DNA from: Neovahlkampfia damariscottae | Lineage: Eukaryota | Direction: 5' to 3' | Length of the DNA: 64,000 bases | Assembly: GCA_016618085.1 (NCBI GenBank) | Contig: JABLTG010000014.1 | Coordinates: forward strand, 62,001-126,000 | In this document: piece by piece, positions 35,210 to 48,767 of the stretch | Layout: each line of letters opens with the position of its first letter | Position numbering within the stretch: position 1 is the first letter of the stretch | Notes under the pieces: model-generated | Seen by the model: only the letters and a program-made list of their open reading frames with translations | What the model was told of the DNA's origin: nothing | The model's database searches: none | Program-made: the position numbers and the translations under genes

Positions 35210-38200
35210 TTACCAAAAAGCACACCAACCAATGTAACATTGACATAAATTTGAATGAGAAGTTGCTGATTCAATTAATCTATTCACTTGTTCTGGTACA
35301 TTTAAACTTGTGTTAATATCAAAATCTCTTCCATTCAATTTATGTTGAATTCTTTCAATAACTGAAACAGCTTTTTGATTTAAAACAGTAGGTGCAATAG
35401 TATCTTCATCATTTAATTTTCTGTATTCTTTTTCTTTAACAGATCTTGATGGTTTTTTATCTTTTTCACTTTCATTATCACTTGCATCACCTGAAATGGA
35501 AACACCAGATGATTTTCTTGATCCAATTTCAACTTTTTCATCAACAAATAAACGCCAATTAATTAATGGATCATGAACAAAAGCTTCAAGCATTGCCATC
35601 ACTGATTCTTTGTGTTGTCTTAAAACATTCATTACAGACTCACAAGTGGATCTGTATGAACCTTCAATTCCTGATACTTCCATTGCGTTCACCAACATAC
35701 GTGTAAGTCTGAAAGGAATACGTTCTGGATATTTATCACGAAGCATTGCAACTTCAAAACAATCACCAAAATCAATATGAACAACTTTTCCAGTATATTT
35801 CTCCAACATTAAGTTACTAGGATGTCTATCTCCTAATCCTAAAATGTGGCCAACCATTGACATTACTGCTAATGATCTTGTATAGTTTGTTCTTCTTTCC
35901 AACCAAATTTCTGAATTTCTTGATTTTAACCATAGTACTTTATATAAATCTTGTCCTGTTGTATTTTCAAGTGCATGTTCAAATACTTCAATTTTTTGAA
36001 TTAAATTTAAATTATCATATTCTGGAGCCATTTGAACCATTAATCTATGTTCAATATTCAAGAGAATATTTCTAGATTCACGATATTCTTTAATTAAAAC
36101 ATGAAGAGTATCAGTATTATTTACCCAACCAATCAAACCAGCATTTGAAGATAGTGGAATAACTGCATATCTTGTAATTTCTAAATCTCTTTTACTTGTA
36201 TCTTCATCATTTTTTAATAAAGTATTAACAAGTCCAAATAATTGCATAACTCTTTCATCTTGTCTTAAATCTTCATGTCCTTTTAATAAGAATGAATATT
36301 CAATTCCATCTGAACCATAGATTTTTAATTTTCTTGGTCTTTGTTTTGAAGTTAATACTTTTAATTGTGGTGAAAATCCATGTATTTTAATAATTTGATC
36401 ACTACCAGGTCTATAAGTACCAGGTAATGCTAAACTTAAATCTTTTGAATCTAATAATTTTGGTGAAACATATTGTAATTCTAATGTTAACATTTGTGCT
36501 AATTGTTTTGAAATTCTTCTAAAAACATGATAATATAAATCCCATGCTTGTGTTAAATTTGTTTCTTTTTTATCTTTTTGATATTTTTTACACCATTCCC
36601 ATGCTTCTTGTAAATCTCTACCAAATGCTTGTTGAAATGCAATTTCACTTAAAGTACTTGTTTTTTCAATCATTTCATGAAGTGGTTCTAATATTTTAAT
36701 CATACCTTTAATATCATGTTCACCAAAATATAATCTACTAGCTTCTTCTAATGCTTCATGCCATAATTCAATCCATAAAATTGCAACTCTAATTAATTCT
36801 TGACTTACAATTAATGCTTGATCAACTAATGTTGGTGAATGAGTTCTTAATTGACCAACCATTGTTTCTGCTGCTTCTTTTCTCATTTTTGATTGACTTT
36901 TTGTTGAAACAACTAATGGATAAATTAATGCTTGTGGATGAACATGTCCAATTTTTGTTAATAAATCATGAATTAATCTTCTAATTGTTTCAGAAGGAGA
37001 ATGAATTCTAGCAATTAATTGTGGTATAACTTGTAACCATGTATCAATATTAACTGTATTAAATCCATCAATTAAAGCTTTTTCAACTTTTTTTGAATCA
37101 CCATATTGAAACCATAATGTTAATAATCTTAAAATATCTTGTTGTGAATTTCTTGTTTCAGAAGATAAACTAATGGATTTGAAATATCCATTCACTGCAC
37201 TACAAAGATAAGGTACAATATCTTTTTGTGATTTTTCATAATATTGAACAATTTCAGAATTCATAAAAGCAAAAGAATGCCATGCTTTTGACCATTCTTT
37301 ATCATAAATGGTTGAAGTTTTAAAATTATTTAAAATAATTGGTATATTTTCTTCATTTAAAACATTATCATCTAATTCATATTGCCAATTACCAAGTGCT
37401 AAAAATACACGTGCTAATAATGAATTATCTTTAGTTTGAACAGTTTCAGAAAAATCACAAAGTAATTCTAAACTTTCTTTAATTTTTCCAGAATCATGAA
37501 CATGTCTAATAAATTCATATTCAACTGTTGGATTAGTTCCTTCTCTACAAGCACCTAAAGATATTAATGTCTTTTCTGATAATTGTAATTTATTTGATTT
37601 TCTACAAAGTGTAGCAAATTTTAACCAATCATCAATTTGTTCTTCTGGGTTCAAAACTAAAGATCTGATTGCTAATACAGTTTGCCAATGTTCAAGATTT
37701 CTTTGTAATCCACTTAATCTATCTTTCCATGTTTGTTTAATTAAATTTCTTTTTGAAGGATTTGTTTTATATTCAATCACTTCTTCTAATTCACTTAATT
37801 GTTGTGCTTTTACAATTGTATCATATGCTCTTGTATAAGATTCACTTACAAGTGCACTCAATTCAGAATCTAATGTCTTTCTAGTTTTATCAATAAATGA
37901 ATGAGCTTTATCAAAATCATCTTCATTGATTGAAATTAAAACATTAAAATAAGAAGTTTCAAAATTTTCATCTGGTAAAATTTTAACACATTCTTTCATA
38001 AATTTCCATTCAAGTAAATTCCAAGCTGCAGATGCTCCCATTGGTGCAATTCCAATTTTAGTTGAATTATCATCAATACATCTATTCCATGTTTCAAGAC
38101 ATAAATCATATAATTTTTGCCATTCACCTAATGCTTTTAAACATCTCATTCTACCTTGTGTAAGTTGAATTGAATATGGATCTAATTGTTGTTTTTTATC

Positions 38201-41200
38201 ATAAACATCATAGGCATCTTCCCATCTTTGTAATTTTTCATACCAAGACTCTTTTAATTCAATATTATGATATTTTTGAGCATAAACTAATAAACCTACA
38301 GCTGCTTCATGTTGTCCTAATTGATTATTAATAGTGATCAAATCTTCAATTTTTAATTGTGGATCATCTTGAAATTCAATTTCGAAATGATGAAGTGCTT
38401 TAGCATAGGCTTGTGCTTGTCCAGCTAATGAACCTAATGTACTAATTGGAATTGGTAATGGTTTATCATCATGTTCCATAAATTCAGCAAGATTTAATAA
38501 AGTTGATAAAACTTCAGGTGGTAAATTTGGATTGGATAAAGCAAAGAATAATGATCTAACCAATTCAGATTGTGCTTTATCATCAAGTTCAAACCAACAA
38601 GATACAAATCCTGCATTAAATAATTCTCTTGCTAATGGATGATAAATTTGACCAACTTGTTTACATGCTCTTAAAGCAGGTGAAGGAGATTCTCTTAAAA
38701 GTTCAACTGAAAAACCTCTAATCCATTCAATCCAATCTTCTTTTGTACTTCTTTGACTTGCTTCCCATGATTTTTTTAAGTTTAATTGATTAATTGCAAC
38801 TCTTCTAACTTCAACTGGTTCTTCTTGAATATCAATTTTATCTGTATCATATTCATCATCATTTTCTTCACCAATTCCTTTAATATCATCAATTTCTGGA
38901 AGTGCATTATTTAATAGTTTTGAAATTAATAATTCATAATCTTGATGTTGTACTTTTACAGCAGAACTAACCATTGGTATAAAAATAGCATAATCATATC
39001 TCATTTTTTTAACAAAAATACATAAAGTATCAAATATCGTTTTTTTTATACTTGGATCAGAATTCTTTAAAATTCTAACTAAAGGATGAATAATTCTTCC
39101 TGAATATTCTGATAAATTCAAAATATTACATAATTTTCCAAGAGTTCTTAAAGCATCAATTCTAATATCATTTGAATTTGTTGTTTCAATAACTCTGATA
39201 ATAGAAGGTATAACTAAATAAAGATAATCTTCTAAATGTCTTCCAAAAATGATTAAAGATTCTAATACTTTTTTTGAAATATTTGGTTCAGATTCAATTG
39301 TATTTTTTGTTAATACAGCTAATATTTGTGGTATAACATCAGAAAGATATTTTTTAAATTCTTCATTCAATGCACGACAAATTTCTTCTTCTAAAATGAT
39401 AATTTGAATTTTGTAATTCTTTGGCCAAAATTCTTGAATTAAAACAAATATTTCATCAATATAATTTTTTATATGACCTCTAACAGTTTGAACTAATTGA
39501 CTTAATTGTTGAAATAATGTATTTCTCATTGAAGGTTCACATGTTCTAATTAATGAAACAAATGGTGGAACAATTTGTGGAAGAAATGGAACACATTTTA
39601 ATCCTAATGATGTAAATATAAAAGTAACTGATTGAATAACTTGTCCATGAAGTGTTGATAATGATGAATCTTTTAAAATTTTCATTAATGAGTTAATAGC
39701 AACAGTTGGAAAGAAATCTTCATTTGAAGGTCCAGTTGGAATATCAATTTGATCTGATGATGAAGATGAAGATGATTTTTCTTTTTCAAAATTTGAAAGA
39801 ATATTCTTGTATTTATAAGGATCAATAGCTCCAATAATTCCAAGTACTTTCATTACTTCTTGTCTTGTTGACCAATCTTCTTCTGATTTTAAAGTTGAAA
39901 GTAATAAAGAAAGTAGTTTTGGATATTTAATATAAGGTGTAATAACATATCCTGTACTTTGAACAAGCATTCCTAATGTTCTAACAGCAACTTCACGTTT
40001 AATTGGTGAACTTTGATCTTGAAGCATTTCTAAAATTAAAGGTACTAATTGTTCCATAAATTTCATCATTGGTGTTCCACCAACAATTGCTAATTTACCA
40101 GTTGTATCCATGACACATGCACTAACAGTTGGATTTGGATCAGATATCTTTGTAACTAAAACCTTTAAAATACTTGGTACATATGGTTTAATTAATCTAG
40201 GAGCAGCTGCTATTAATTTACCAAGCATTCGAGCACTTTCTTCTTTATTTCTTGTATCTTCAGAAAATTCAAGTTCAGTTAATAATTGAATTAAAGTCTT
40301 TCTTAAAGCTGGTAAAACAAAAGCAGGATTTCTTGTTGATAATCTACCAATGATTGACATTGCAACTTCACGTATTTCAAATATTTCATCATTCATTGCG
40401 ATGAATAATAATCTTAAATTATCAGAAAGTGCTAAATATTGATCAAATCTTTCATCAAGTGAATTTAAAACTGTTAATCTAATACTTGGGTCTGAATCTG
40501 TAATACAAACTGTAATTAATTTTTCTAAAACTTCATTGACAAATAATCTTTTTCCATTTTTTGGAATCAGAAGTTTACAACAACTTCGAATTGCTTCTTT
40601 ACGAATTGGTCCACTTGGACTATCTAAATATTTAACAACACAATCTGCAGCAAAATCTGATAAATTATGACCTTTAAAATTAAATGACCAAAGTGTAATC
40701 AATGCTAAAACAGTTGAATCATGATTAATTTCAAAATTTGATAAACTCTTTGATAATGAAGTGAATGGTGCTTTTGCTAAAATATAACTAATAAGATCTA
40801 AAAGTTTTTCTTGAACTGGTTGTAAAAGACCTGGAATTGAAATGACAATTTCATCTAATGCTTTGGTTAAAGTTGTTGAAAGACCTCCAATAAACATTTT
40901 ATCTAACAGTGGTTTGATATTGTCTTCTTCTTTTGGTCCAGAAACAGTTGCAACTTTTGCTAAACATTCTAATGCTGCAGGTTCAAAAGGTCTATTTCTG
41001 CTTGGAGTAATTCCATCTTCTTCAATGACTGTTAAGATTCTTTTTAATGTTGAACTTGAAATTGAACCCACACGCAAAGCTAATTCTCCTAAAGATTGAA
41101 ATGCGATATTATTATATGCGCTTGTTTTAACAACAGAAAATAAAATTCCAAAAGCACGTTCCAAATATTTCTTTTCTTCAAATTTCTTTGAATTAAATTT

Positions 41201-42160
41201 TGCAAATTGTGGAATTAAACGAATAACAGCTTTTTTTATGGAAGCATCTTTACTTGAAGCGAATTGAAATACTTTTTCACATGTTTCTTCAAAATATGGT
41301 TTCATAAATTGTCCTGTATTTCTTAAGAGTTCACCAATAACTAATAAAGCTCCATGAATTGATTCATTATTTTTCTTCATACAAGTTTTGACGTTATTTA
41401 ACATATCATGATACCACTCATGACGTCCATTGAAGTTACGTTCACTAACAAGTGCTAAAACAGCTCTTAAAGCTAAAATAGAAGCTTCTCTTGTTTCTAA
41501 ATTTGAATCTTTGATACCTTTCCAGATATGAATTAAAAATGAACTGACATGTGCATAAAATAAAGTTGGAGCATTTTCAGCAAGTTCTTTTAATACTAAT
41601 AAACCAGCATATCTTCTACCTTCATCTTTGTGTTTTTCTTTAAAACCTTCTAACCATTCTAATGCTCTTTTGCATTCAAATTCAACTAATTCAGCTGTTA
41701 AAGTTTTACTTGATGTTGTTGAACTCGCTTTTGCAAGTTTTCCAAGAGCTCTGGCAACAAGAGCAACAGTTGTTGAATCAGAATGATAGTTCGTTAAAGA
41801 GTTTCTTAAATAATTTGAGAATCTAGTAATTTTTCTAGGATCTTCATAATGTAAATCAATTAATTTTTCTAAAGATAAAATTCCAGTAATTCTTTCATTA
41901 ATTTCTTTTGAATTAATAAGTTCTTGTAAATTCTCCATTACGGATTCAATAAAAAATGAAAAAGATTCTCCTGAAAGTTCTTTAGTATTTTTTTCAACCT
42001 TTTTTTAATTTTTAAAGAGAAAATAAAAAATTACATAGTCATATAAAACTCCAATATTTTTAGACCTAACATTTTCTTTTTTATCTTTTAGACCTAAAAA
42101 AGTATTTTTGAGAATTGGATCAGTTGTTTTAACTGTCATGAGCAAAGATTTTGAACTCAT
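35210..42160 (-). CDS. TOR: Serine/threonine kinase TOR (1 intron near the 5' end)
   Basis: HEAT/FAT/FRB (LTQAWDLYYHVF), kinase (LLKGHEDLRQDER, GLGDRHPSN, HIDFGD), FATC (LCQCYIGWCAFW). The upstream exon is joined through a GT..AAG intron. Confidence 0.98.
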
Positions 42161-42294
42161 AACAAAATACAACTACAGTTCAATGATAAAATACTGTGTG
42201 GAGATTGGTTAATTTTTGGTCAATCAGAGATAATTTATTTTATTGGAAAAAAAATAAAAATTTAAAAAAAAACAATAATTTATAACAAAATTTC

Positions 42295-42834
42295 TTAGCG
42301 GTGGCTTTGAATGAATAGTTCTAATGTTTCCTTTGAAGTATAAAGTTCAAAATTTAATGATTTTAAAATTCTATTTTCGGTTTGTAAAAAACATCGATAG
42401 TCTTCTACTTCTAATATTTCTGCGTATCTCTTTGTTGACCAGTAATTATCTTCGAGCATTTTACTGCTTAAAACGATGCAGCAAAGTAAATCTTCTTCGT
42501 ATTGTACAATATCTAGTTCTCCTATTATTTTGGTATATCTTTCAAAATAAAGTAAACCTAATAATAAACAGACAGGTTCACAGTCCAAGTTTTGAAATAC
42601 TCTTAATATTACATCTTGAAAATCAAACTCAACTTCGTCAACTAAATCTTCTTCAATAATTTCTAATGCACATCCATCCTGTTTAGCAATGTTCATGAAT
42701 ATTTTAAACAGAAAATTCAAAAATAATTGTGCATTGTCAGGCTCTTCTTTTTGAATTTCTTGGTTACTAGATGATGAGCATGAAGGTGAGTGAGTGTGCT
42801 TTGTTGGTTGATTATATTTGAGGAAACTCAACAT
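42295..42834 (-). CDS. Cyclin N-terminal-domain protein (PHO80/cyclin Y-like)
   Basis: LLGLLYFERY...CIVLSSKMLED...E..ILKSLNFELY. Confidence 0.75.
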   Translation of the reverse strand: MLSFLKYNQPTKHTHSPSCSSSSNQEIQKEEPDNAQLFLNFLFKIFMNIAKQDGCALEIIEEDLVDEVEFDFQDVILRVFQNLDCEPVCLLLGLLYFERYTKIIGELDIVQYEEDLLCCIVLSSKMLEDNYWSTKRYAEILEVEDYRCFLQTENRILKSLNFELYTSKETLELFIQSHR

Positions 42835-43268
42835 ACACCTTTCTCTGTTTTGTTTCTATTCTAATCTCCGAAAATACGTGTGGAACTGATTTTTATTGGT
42901 CTTTAAAATCCAACGTTGAAAATTAAACGTTCAAAAGTTTCGTTGGTCCAATCAAATCATTTTGGAAATGAACGGAAAAATTAATAATTTATTTTTAAAC
43001 TCGTTTGACTGAATTGTAGTCCGGTCATTTTGTCCACCAAATCCACTTTGACTAAAAATCGTTTCTCTACCCAAAACAAGTAAGTGTTTGGACCTTCCAA
43101 AACTGACAAAAAATCATTCCCACAGATTTGAATGTTGACTTAGAAATTGAATTTACCTTTAAAATTGAATCGGAGTTGTTATTTTATTTCATTGGACTAA
43201 CATCCCTAAATTCCGCCAATAAATGATTGTCGGTTATTCTAACCAATCACTTCAATTCCACACAAAAA

Positions 43269-44527
43269 ATGTCCGAACAAAAGAAAGATTTAAGCTACTC
43301 AAACTACAAAGACGCAACAAAAGCAATACATGCTGGTCAAGCTCCTGACCCACATACAGGTGCTGTTATGACACCAATCGTATTTTGTTTTTTTTCTAAT
43401 TTTTCAGTCATTGTCATCAACTTTTGCACAAAAATCAATTGGAAACTTTTATCCAGGTAATTATGAATATTCACGTTCATCAAATCCAACTCGTGATGCA
43501 TTTGAAATGCTTATTGCTTCTTTAGAACAAGGTAAAAAAAACCATATGAAACTAAATTTTTTTTTAAGGAAAACATGGTATCGCTTGGTCATCTGGTCTT
43601 GGAGCTACAACTGGAACTGTAAACTTACTCAAAACTGGAGACCATCTCGTCGCAATGGATGACTGTTATGGAGGTACAGGAAGATATCTTAGAACAGCAA
43701 AAGAAAAAATGGGAATTTCACTTGATTTTGTTGATTTCACAAAAGAAGGATGGCAAAAATCCATTAAAAAAGAAACTAAAATGGTTTGGGTTGAAACACC
43801 AACAAATCCAACTTTGAAAGTTGTTGACATCAAAGCTGTTGCTGAATATCTCAAAAAGAATCATCCTGAAGTTATTATGGTTGTAGATAATACATTTATG
43901 TCACCTATCCTTCAAAAACCATTGACTTTAGGTGCTGATGTTGTTATTCATTCAGTTACAAAATTCATTAATGGACATTCAGATGTAGTTATGGGAGTTA
44001 CAGCAACAAGTTCAGATGATATTGCAGGTAAATTAAGATATAATCAAAATGCTATGGGTATTATTCCATCACCATTTGATTGTTTCATGGCAATTAGAGG
44101 TGTAAAAACATTACATCTTAGAATGGCAGCTGCATCAGAAAATGCTATGAAAGTTGCTAAATGTTTAGAAGCTTCAGATAAAGTTGAAAAAGTAATTTAT
44201 CCAGGACTTCCATCACATCCACAACACGAAGTTTTTAAAAAACAAACTTTTGGAAACTCAGGAATGATTACATTTTACTTAAAAGGAGGAGAAAAACAAT
44301 CAAGACAATTCTTAGAAAACATTAAAATTATTACTCTTGCTGAATCACTTGGAGGTGTTGAAAGTCTTGCTGAATGTCCAAGTTTAATGACTCATGGATC
44401 TGTACCAGCTGAAATGAGAAAAGAATTAGGAATTGAAGACAATATGATTCGTTTATCTGTTGGCGTTGAAGATGGTGAAGATTTAGTTGAAGATGTTCAA
44501 AAAGCACTTGATTTTGTCAAAAACTAA
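43269..44527 (+). CDS. CTH: Cystathionine gamma-lyase (2 introns)
   Basis: ATKAIHAGQ, YSRSSNPT, VETPTNP, VDNTF, HSVTKFINGHSD, AESLGGVESL, IRLSVG. Confidence 0.93.
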
Positions 44528-44651
44528 ACAATACAATTCAGATAAAATATAAAAATTTTAAAGGCATTTTGTTTGAATTCATCTTTTTCTTTTTTGAGAA
44601 CAAAACTTAATTTGTTTATTCTAAATTACATAATTCAAAAAAGGATCAATT

Positions 44652-45818
44652 TTAATAATAAATGAAATGAGAAACATATCCAATATGTTTAACAATATAA
44701 GGATAATAAATATAAGTATTTTTCAATGAACTCTGTTCATTTTGAATCAATGGAAATGTGCCTAAAATTCTATCAGCAGGAATTGGCTTCGCATTTGGAG
44801 GTAAATTAATACCTGACAAATAATTTGATATTGCCTGTAAATTTGATGTCTTGTATAATTGAGCCACTAAACTGCCAGTATGCCCAAATTTATTAATTCC
44901 ATTTTTCAGAGGAATTAAATTCTGTTTACCCGACATTGAAATTAAAATTAAAAATAAAATAGTAAACCAAATAAAAATAAAAATCTTTGATGTAATTCCA
45001 ATGACTTTCAAATTATATTGAAGAAAATGAAAAATAAAATAAATAAAAATCAATATCAAAGACGAAAAACTCATGGATGTCAAAAATAAAAAATGAAAAT
45101 CTTCAATTTCAAAATTTCTATATTTATCATCAAAATATAATTTAATCCATGCAAAATCATCTAATTCTTTCAATTTTTTTGTTAATTTTTTTAATTCTTC
45201 ATAAAAATTTGATTTTAAAATACAATCATCTTCTAAAATTAATGAATATTTTGAGTTGATTTTTGAACAATATTGTAATATTTTTGAATAATCTAATGTA
45301 TGTTTATGATGTTCATTATACCATCCTTTTTTATAAATTGAATCATCTCTCAGAAAATAGAATACTTTAAAATATTTTGATAATTTTTTGACTTCTTTAT
45401 CATTGTGATGAATTGAAGTTGAATAAATAAAAATAAAAAAATTATTCCATTTGTTGTGTGGTATACTTTTTATAATTGAACTCAAAGTTCTATTTAAATA
45501 AAAATATGAATTTGGTCTTGGAAATGATGTAGTAATTCCTAAACAAAATTGTTTTTCTTTTTTTTTGGGATTATCCCAATATTTTTGATACAATTTTTTT
45601 TGTTTTCTTAAAAAATTCTTATTTTCTTCAATAATTCTAGTTGATTTTTTGGTCATTTCTTTGTTAAACTTGTCTTTTCCAAAAAATCGTTTATCACGGA
45701 AAACTAAAGTTTTTCTAATTTTTCGGTAATTATATAAGCTGTAATTTGAATTCTTAAAGATTGAAAAGAACATCAAAAATAGAAAAATTGACAAAAATAT
45801 GACCAGACGACACAACAT
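44652..45818 (-). CDS. PGAP4/TMEM246-like GPI GalNAc transferase
   Basis: DY..L..C....LILEDD, WIKLY, two internal TM helices, VKHIG. Confidence 0.7.
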   Translation of the reverse strand: MLCRLVIFLSIFLFLMFFSIFKNSNYSLYNYRKIRKTLVFRDKRFFGKDKFNKEMTKKSTRIIEENKNFLRKQKKLYQKYWDNPKKKEKQFCLGITTSFPRPNSYFYLNRTLSSIIKSIPHNKWNNFFIFIYSTSIHHNDKEVKKLSKYFKVFYFLRDDSIYKKGWYNEHHKHTLDYSKILQYCSKINSKYSLILEDDCILKSNFYEELKKLTKKLKELDDFAWIKLYFDDKYRNFEIEDFHFLFLTSMSFSSLILIFIYFIFHFLQYNLKVIGITSKIFIFIWFTILFLILISMSGKQNLIPLKNGINKFGHTGSLVAQLYKTSNLQAISNYLSGINLPPNAKPIPADRILGTFPLIQNEQSSLKNTYIYYPYIVKHIGYVSHFIYY

Positions 45819-45955
45819 GATGTTTGTTGGTGGATGAAATATAAATTTTTTTGATTGGACAAATCAAAGAAAGAAATAAAATAAAGTTCATTTTCCATTC
45901 TCAAGAAAACAACAAAACCTCAAAGAATTCCCGGGTTTTTCAACCAATCATTTTA

Positions 45956-47902
45956 ATGGAGGTTCTGAAAGAAGCATACAACAAAGCCAAAGTTAACAAA
46001 GATTATGATTCTATGCACATGTATGCCAACAATATAGCAGCTGAATATGAGCGTGAAGGAGATTTAAAACTGGCATACAGATATCATGATTTATCGTTAA
46101 CTCATATTAATGCTCATTTAAGATTAAATCCAAAAGATAAAAGAGCACTTTATAATAAATCAATTGAACTACGAGAATTAGCACATGTTTGTATAACAAT
46201 AAAATTTGAAGAAACCATTGAACATTTAAAGTTAGCGGAAGATATTTGTTTTATGAATAGTTTTCAAACTGAATTAATCAATATTTATTTAATTTATTTT
46301 CATTATTATGAAATAAAAGAAAATTATGATGAATGTGAAGTTTACTATAAAAAGAGTTTAAAAATAATCCAAGAAGAAAAAAAAAAAAAATTAGAAGAAA
46401 AAACTAAAGATTTATTACAAGAATTAGAAGCCAATATAAATTTAGTTTATGGTGATTTGATGGTACTTTTAGAAGAATTTGATTTAGCAGAAGATTGTTT
46501 CAAAATTTCAAAAAATTATTATGAAAATCTTGAAAATAATTTAAGAATCGCTGATGTATTTACTTCAATGGGTCACTTATATTTAAAGAAACAATTATTT
46601 GAAAAATCAATTACAAATTTTGAATTAGCTGGTCGTAAATATAATTATTTAAAAGAATATTCAAAAGAGATTGACGTAATTGGAAATATTGGTGATGCTT
46701 ATTGTAAATATGCACTTTTTTCAGAAAAAAATATTGTTCGAAATTTATCAAATAGTAAAAAATACTTTCAAGATCAAATAAAACAAATAAAAAAATATTG
46801 TCCAACGAATCAAGAGAAAATAGAATTAAACGAAACTAATATGATTGGTGTTCAACAAATTTTAAATGATTATAGTTCTATCACAGTATTAATGGATGAA
46901 TTTAAAAATGTTCAATTAAATGATGAAGCAAAATTAGAAATCTTAAAAAAAATGACAAAGAAATGTTTGGATTCATTCATGAATAAGAGATTTTTATTGA
47001 AACTTTATACAATGTCAATTTCAAAAGCAAAAAAAATACATTCAAAATCAAAATTTGAATTCATTTCAAACAAAATTGAATTGTTATTTGATATGGTATT
47101 TGAGGAATATCAAGATGATTTAATGTCTAGTTTATCAAATGAAATCAATTCGGCAATTTCATTGGCTGAATTACAAAATAATAGAGTGTATATTGATAAA
47201 TTTATGAATTATTCAAAGAAATTTATTGATTTTTCGAATCCATTAACAAATAATGCAACATCTTTATCTTCATATAAGAATGAAGATAAAGATGTGATTG
47301 TAATTGAAGAAGAAGAAGAAGTAGAAGAATTACCAAATATTGTGATATCACAAGAATTATCTCAAAATAAAAAAAGAAGTAGAAATGAATTAGAAATTGA
47401 AAATCAAATTGAAAAATCACCATCAAAAAAACAAAAACAAGATATTCAATCAAATCAAAATGAAATTATTAATCAATTAGAAAAGATTGAAATTGAACGT
47501 AAAAATGATATTATATTATTATGGAGATGTTTAAAATATTGGAATGAACCAGAAATTAATTGGAATGGAAAAGAAAAACATTTTGAAATTTTACATACAT
47601 TAAAAAGAAATACATTTCCATCTGAAAAATCAATTGAATTAGAATTAAATAATGAAGTGGAAAATCAAATTGAATCTATTAAAATTCCAGAAATTAATCG
47701 AACTTACTCAGATATTTATTTTAATATTTTGATTGATACAAAAGATATAACAGATAATCCTCCAAAATTAGAAATATTACAAATTCATAAAGATGATAAT
47801 ATTACAGAAAGTTATTTCATGTTGAAAATAAAAAAAGTAATTCATAAATCAGAAAAAAAAACGATTCAAAAAGCATTTGATTCAAATGAAATATTTTATT
47901 GA
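45956..47902 (+). CDS. TPR-repeat protein
   Basis: Helical TPR-like repeats (ADVFTSMGHLYLK, VIGNIGDAYCK); long intact ORF. Confidence 0.65.
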   Translation: MEVLKEAYNKAKVNKDYDSMHMYANNIAAEYEREGDLKLAYRYHDLSLTHINAHLRLNPKDKRALYNKSIELRELAHVCITIKFEETIEHLKLAEDICFMNSFQTELINIYLIYFHYYEIKENYDECEVYYKKSLKIIQEEKKKKLEEKTKDLLQELEANINLVYGDLMVLLEEFDLAEDCFKISKNYYENLENNLRIADVFTSMGHLYLKKQLFEKSITNFELAGRKYNYLKEYSKEIDVIGNIGDAYCKYALFSEKNIVRNLSNSKKYFQDQIKQIKKYCPTNQEKIELNETNMIGVQQILNDYSSITVLMDEFKNVQLNDEAKLEILKKMTKKCLDSFMNKRFLLKLYTMSISKAKKIHSKSKFEFISNKIELLFDMVFEEYQDDLMSSLSNEINSAISLAELQNNRVYIDKFMNYSKKFIDFSNPLTNNATSLSSYKNEDKDVIVIEEEEEVEELPNIVISQELSQNKKRSRNELEIENQIEKSPSKKQKQDIQSNQNEIINQLEKIEIERKNDIILLWRCLKYWNEPEINWNGKEKHFEILHTLKRNTFPSEKSIELELNNEVENQIESIKIPEINRTYSDIYFNILIDTKDITDNPPKLEILQIHKDDNITESYFMLKIKKVIHKSEKKTIQKAFDSNEIFY

Positions 47903-48698
47903 ATAAATTCGAGTATATTTTCATTATTTGGATATTCTGGTAGATTTAATTGTTTTTTCATTTCAATTGGTACGAATCTACCTCCAATGAAATGTCTCCC
48001 TTTAAAAAATTTAGAACATAATTTGGGTGCAGTCAAAGAAATTAATACATCTGGATTTTTGATACATCCATCTTTAGGACCTTCTTCCACATTCCAACCT
48101 GATGGAACATCAACTGATGTGATTGGTAAATTGGATTTTGATACTTGCTTTAAAATACATGAAATAATTCAACTACGATTTACCTTAATAATTTCATCAA
48201 ATGGAGGTCTAACATTCCCTTTGAAGGAGAAACCAAAAATCGAATCTAAAATTTGATCAAATTCTTTTTCAAAATTATTTGGTAATTGTTCAATGATTGG
48301 AATTTGAAGGTTTTTGCATTGACTCATTAATCTCTTCAAAAATTAACTTTAAATTAACAAACCAAGTATAGATTATTCGATGTTTTTTTTGGATAAAGTA
48401 TTGTTGGTTGATATCCAAAATGAGATAAATGTCTTGCAGCCACAAGTCCATCACCACCATTATTTCCAGGTCCACATATTACTAATATTGATGGATATTT
48501 TTCTTTTGGAAAGCATTTGTAGATTGTGTTTGAAACTGATAGTCCTGCTAATTCCATTAATTGATCAATGGAGAATCCATGTTTTTCAGACATCAAATCA
48601 ATATCAATTTGTGCTGCTTCTTTTTGGTTCAAATACTTTTGAAATTAATATTTCAAATTTACCTTCAGAGAATTTATTTTTTTTGTTTGATTCATCAT
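47896..48698 (-). CDS. NAXE: NAD(P)H-hydrate epimerase (YjeF_N), 2 introns
   Basis: [52 protein letters not shown]. Confidence 0.93.
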
Positions 48699-48767
48699 CA
48701 ACTTTTTTGTTTGGTGGAGAAAGGAAACTGATTTCATTGGAGGATTAAAAAAATAATAGAAAGTACT

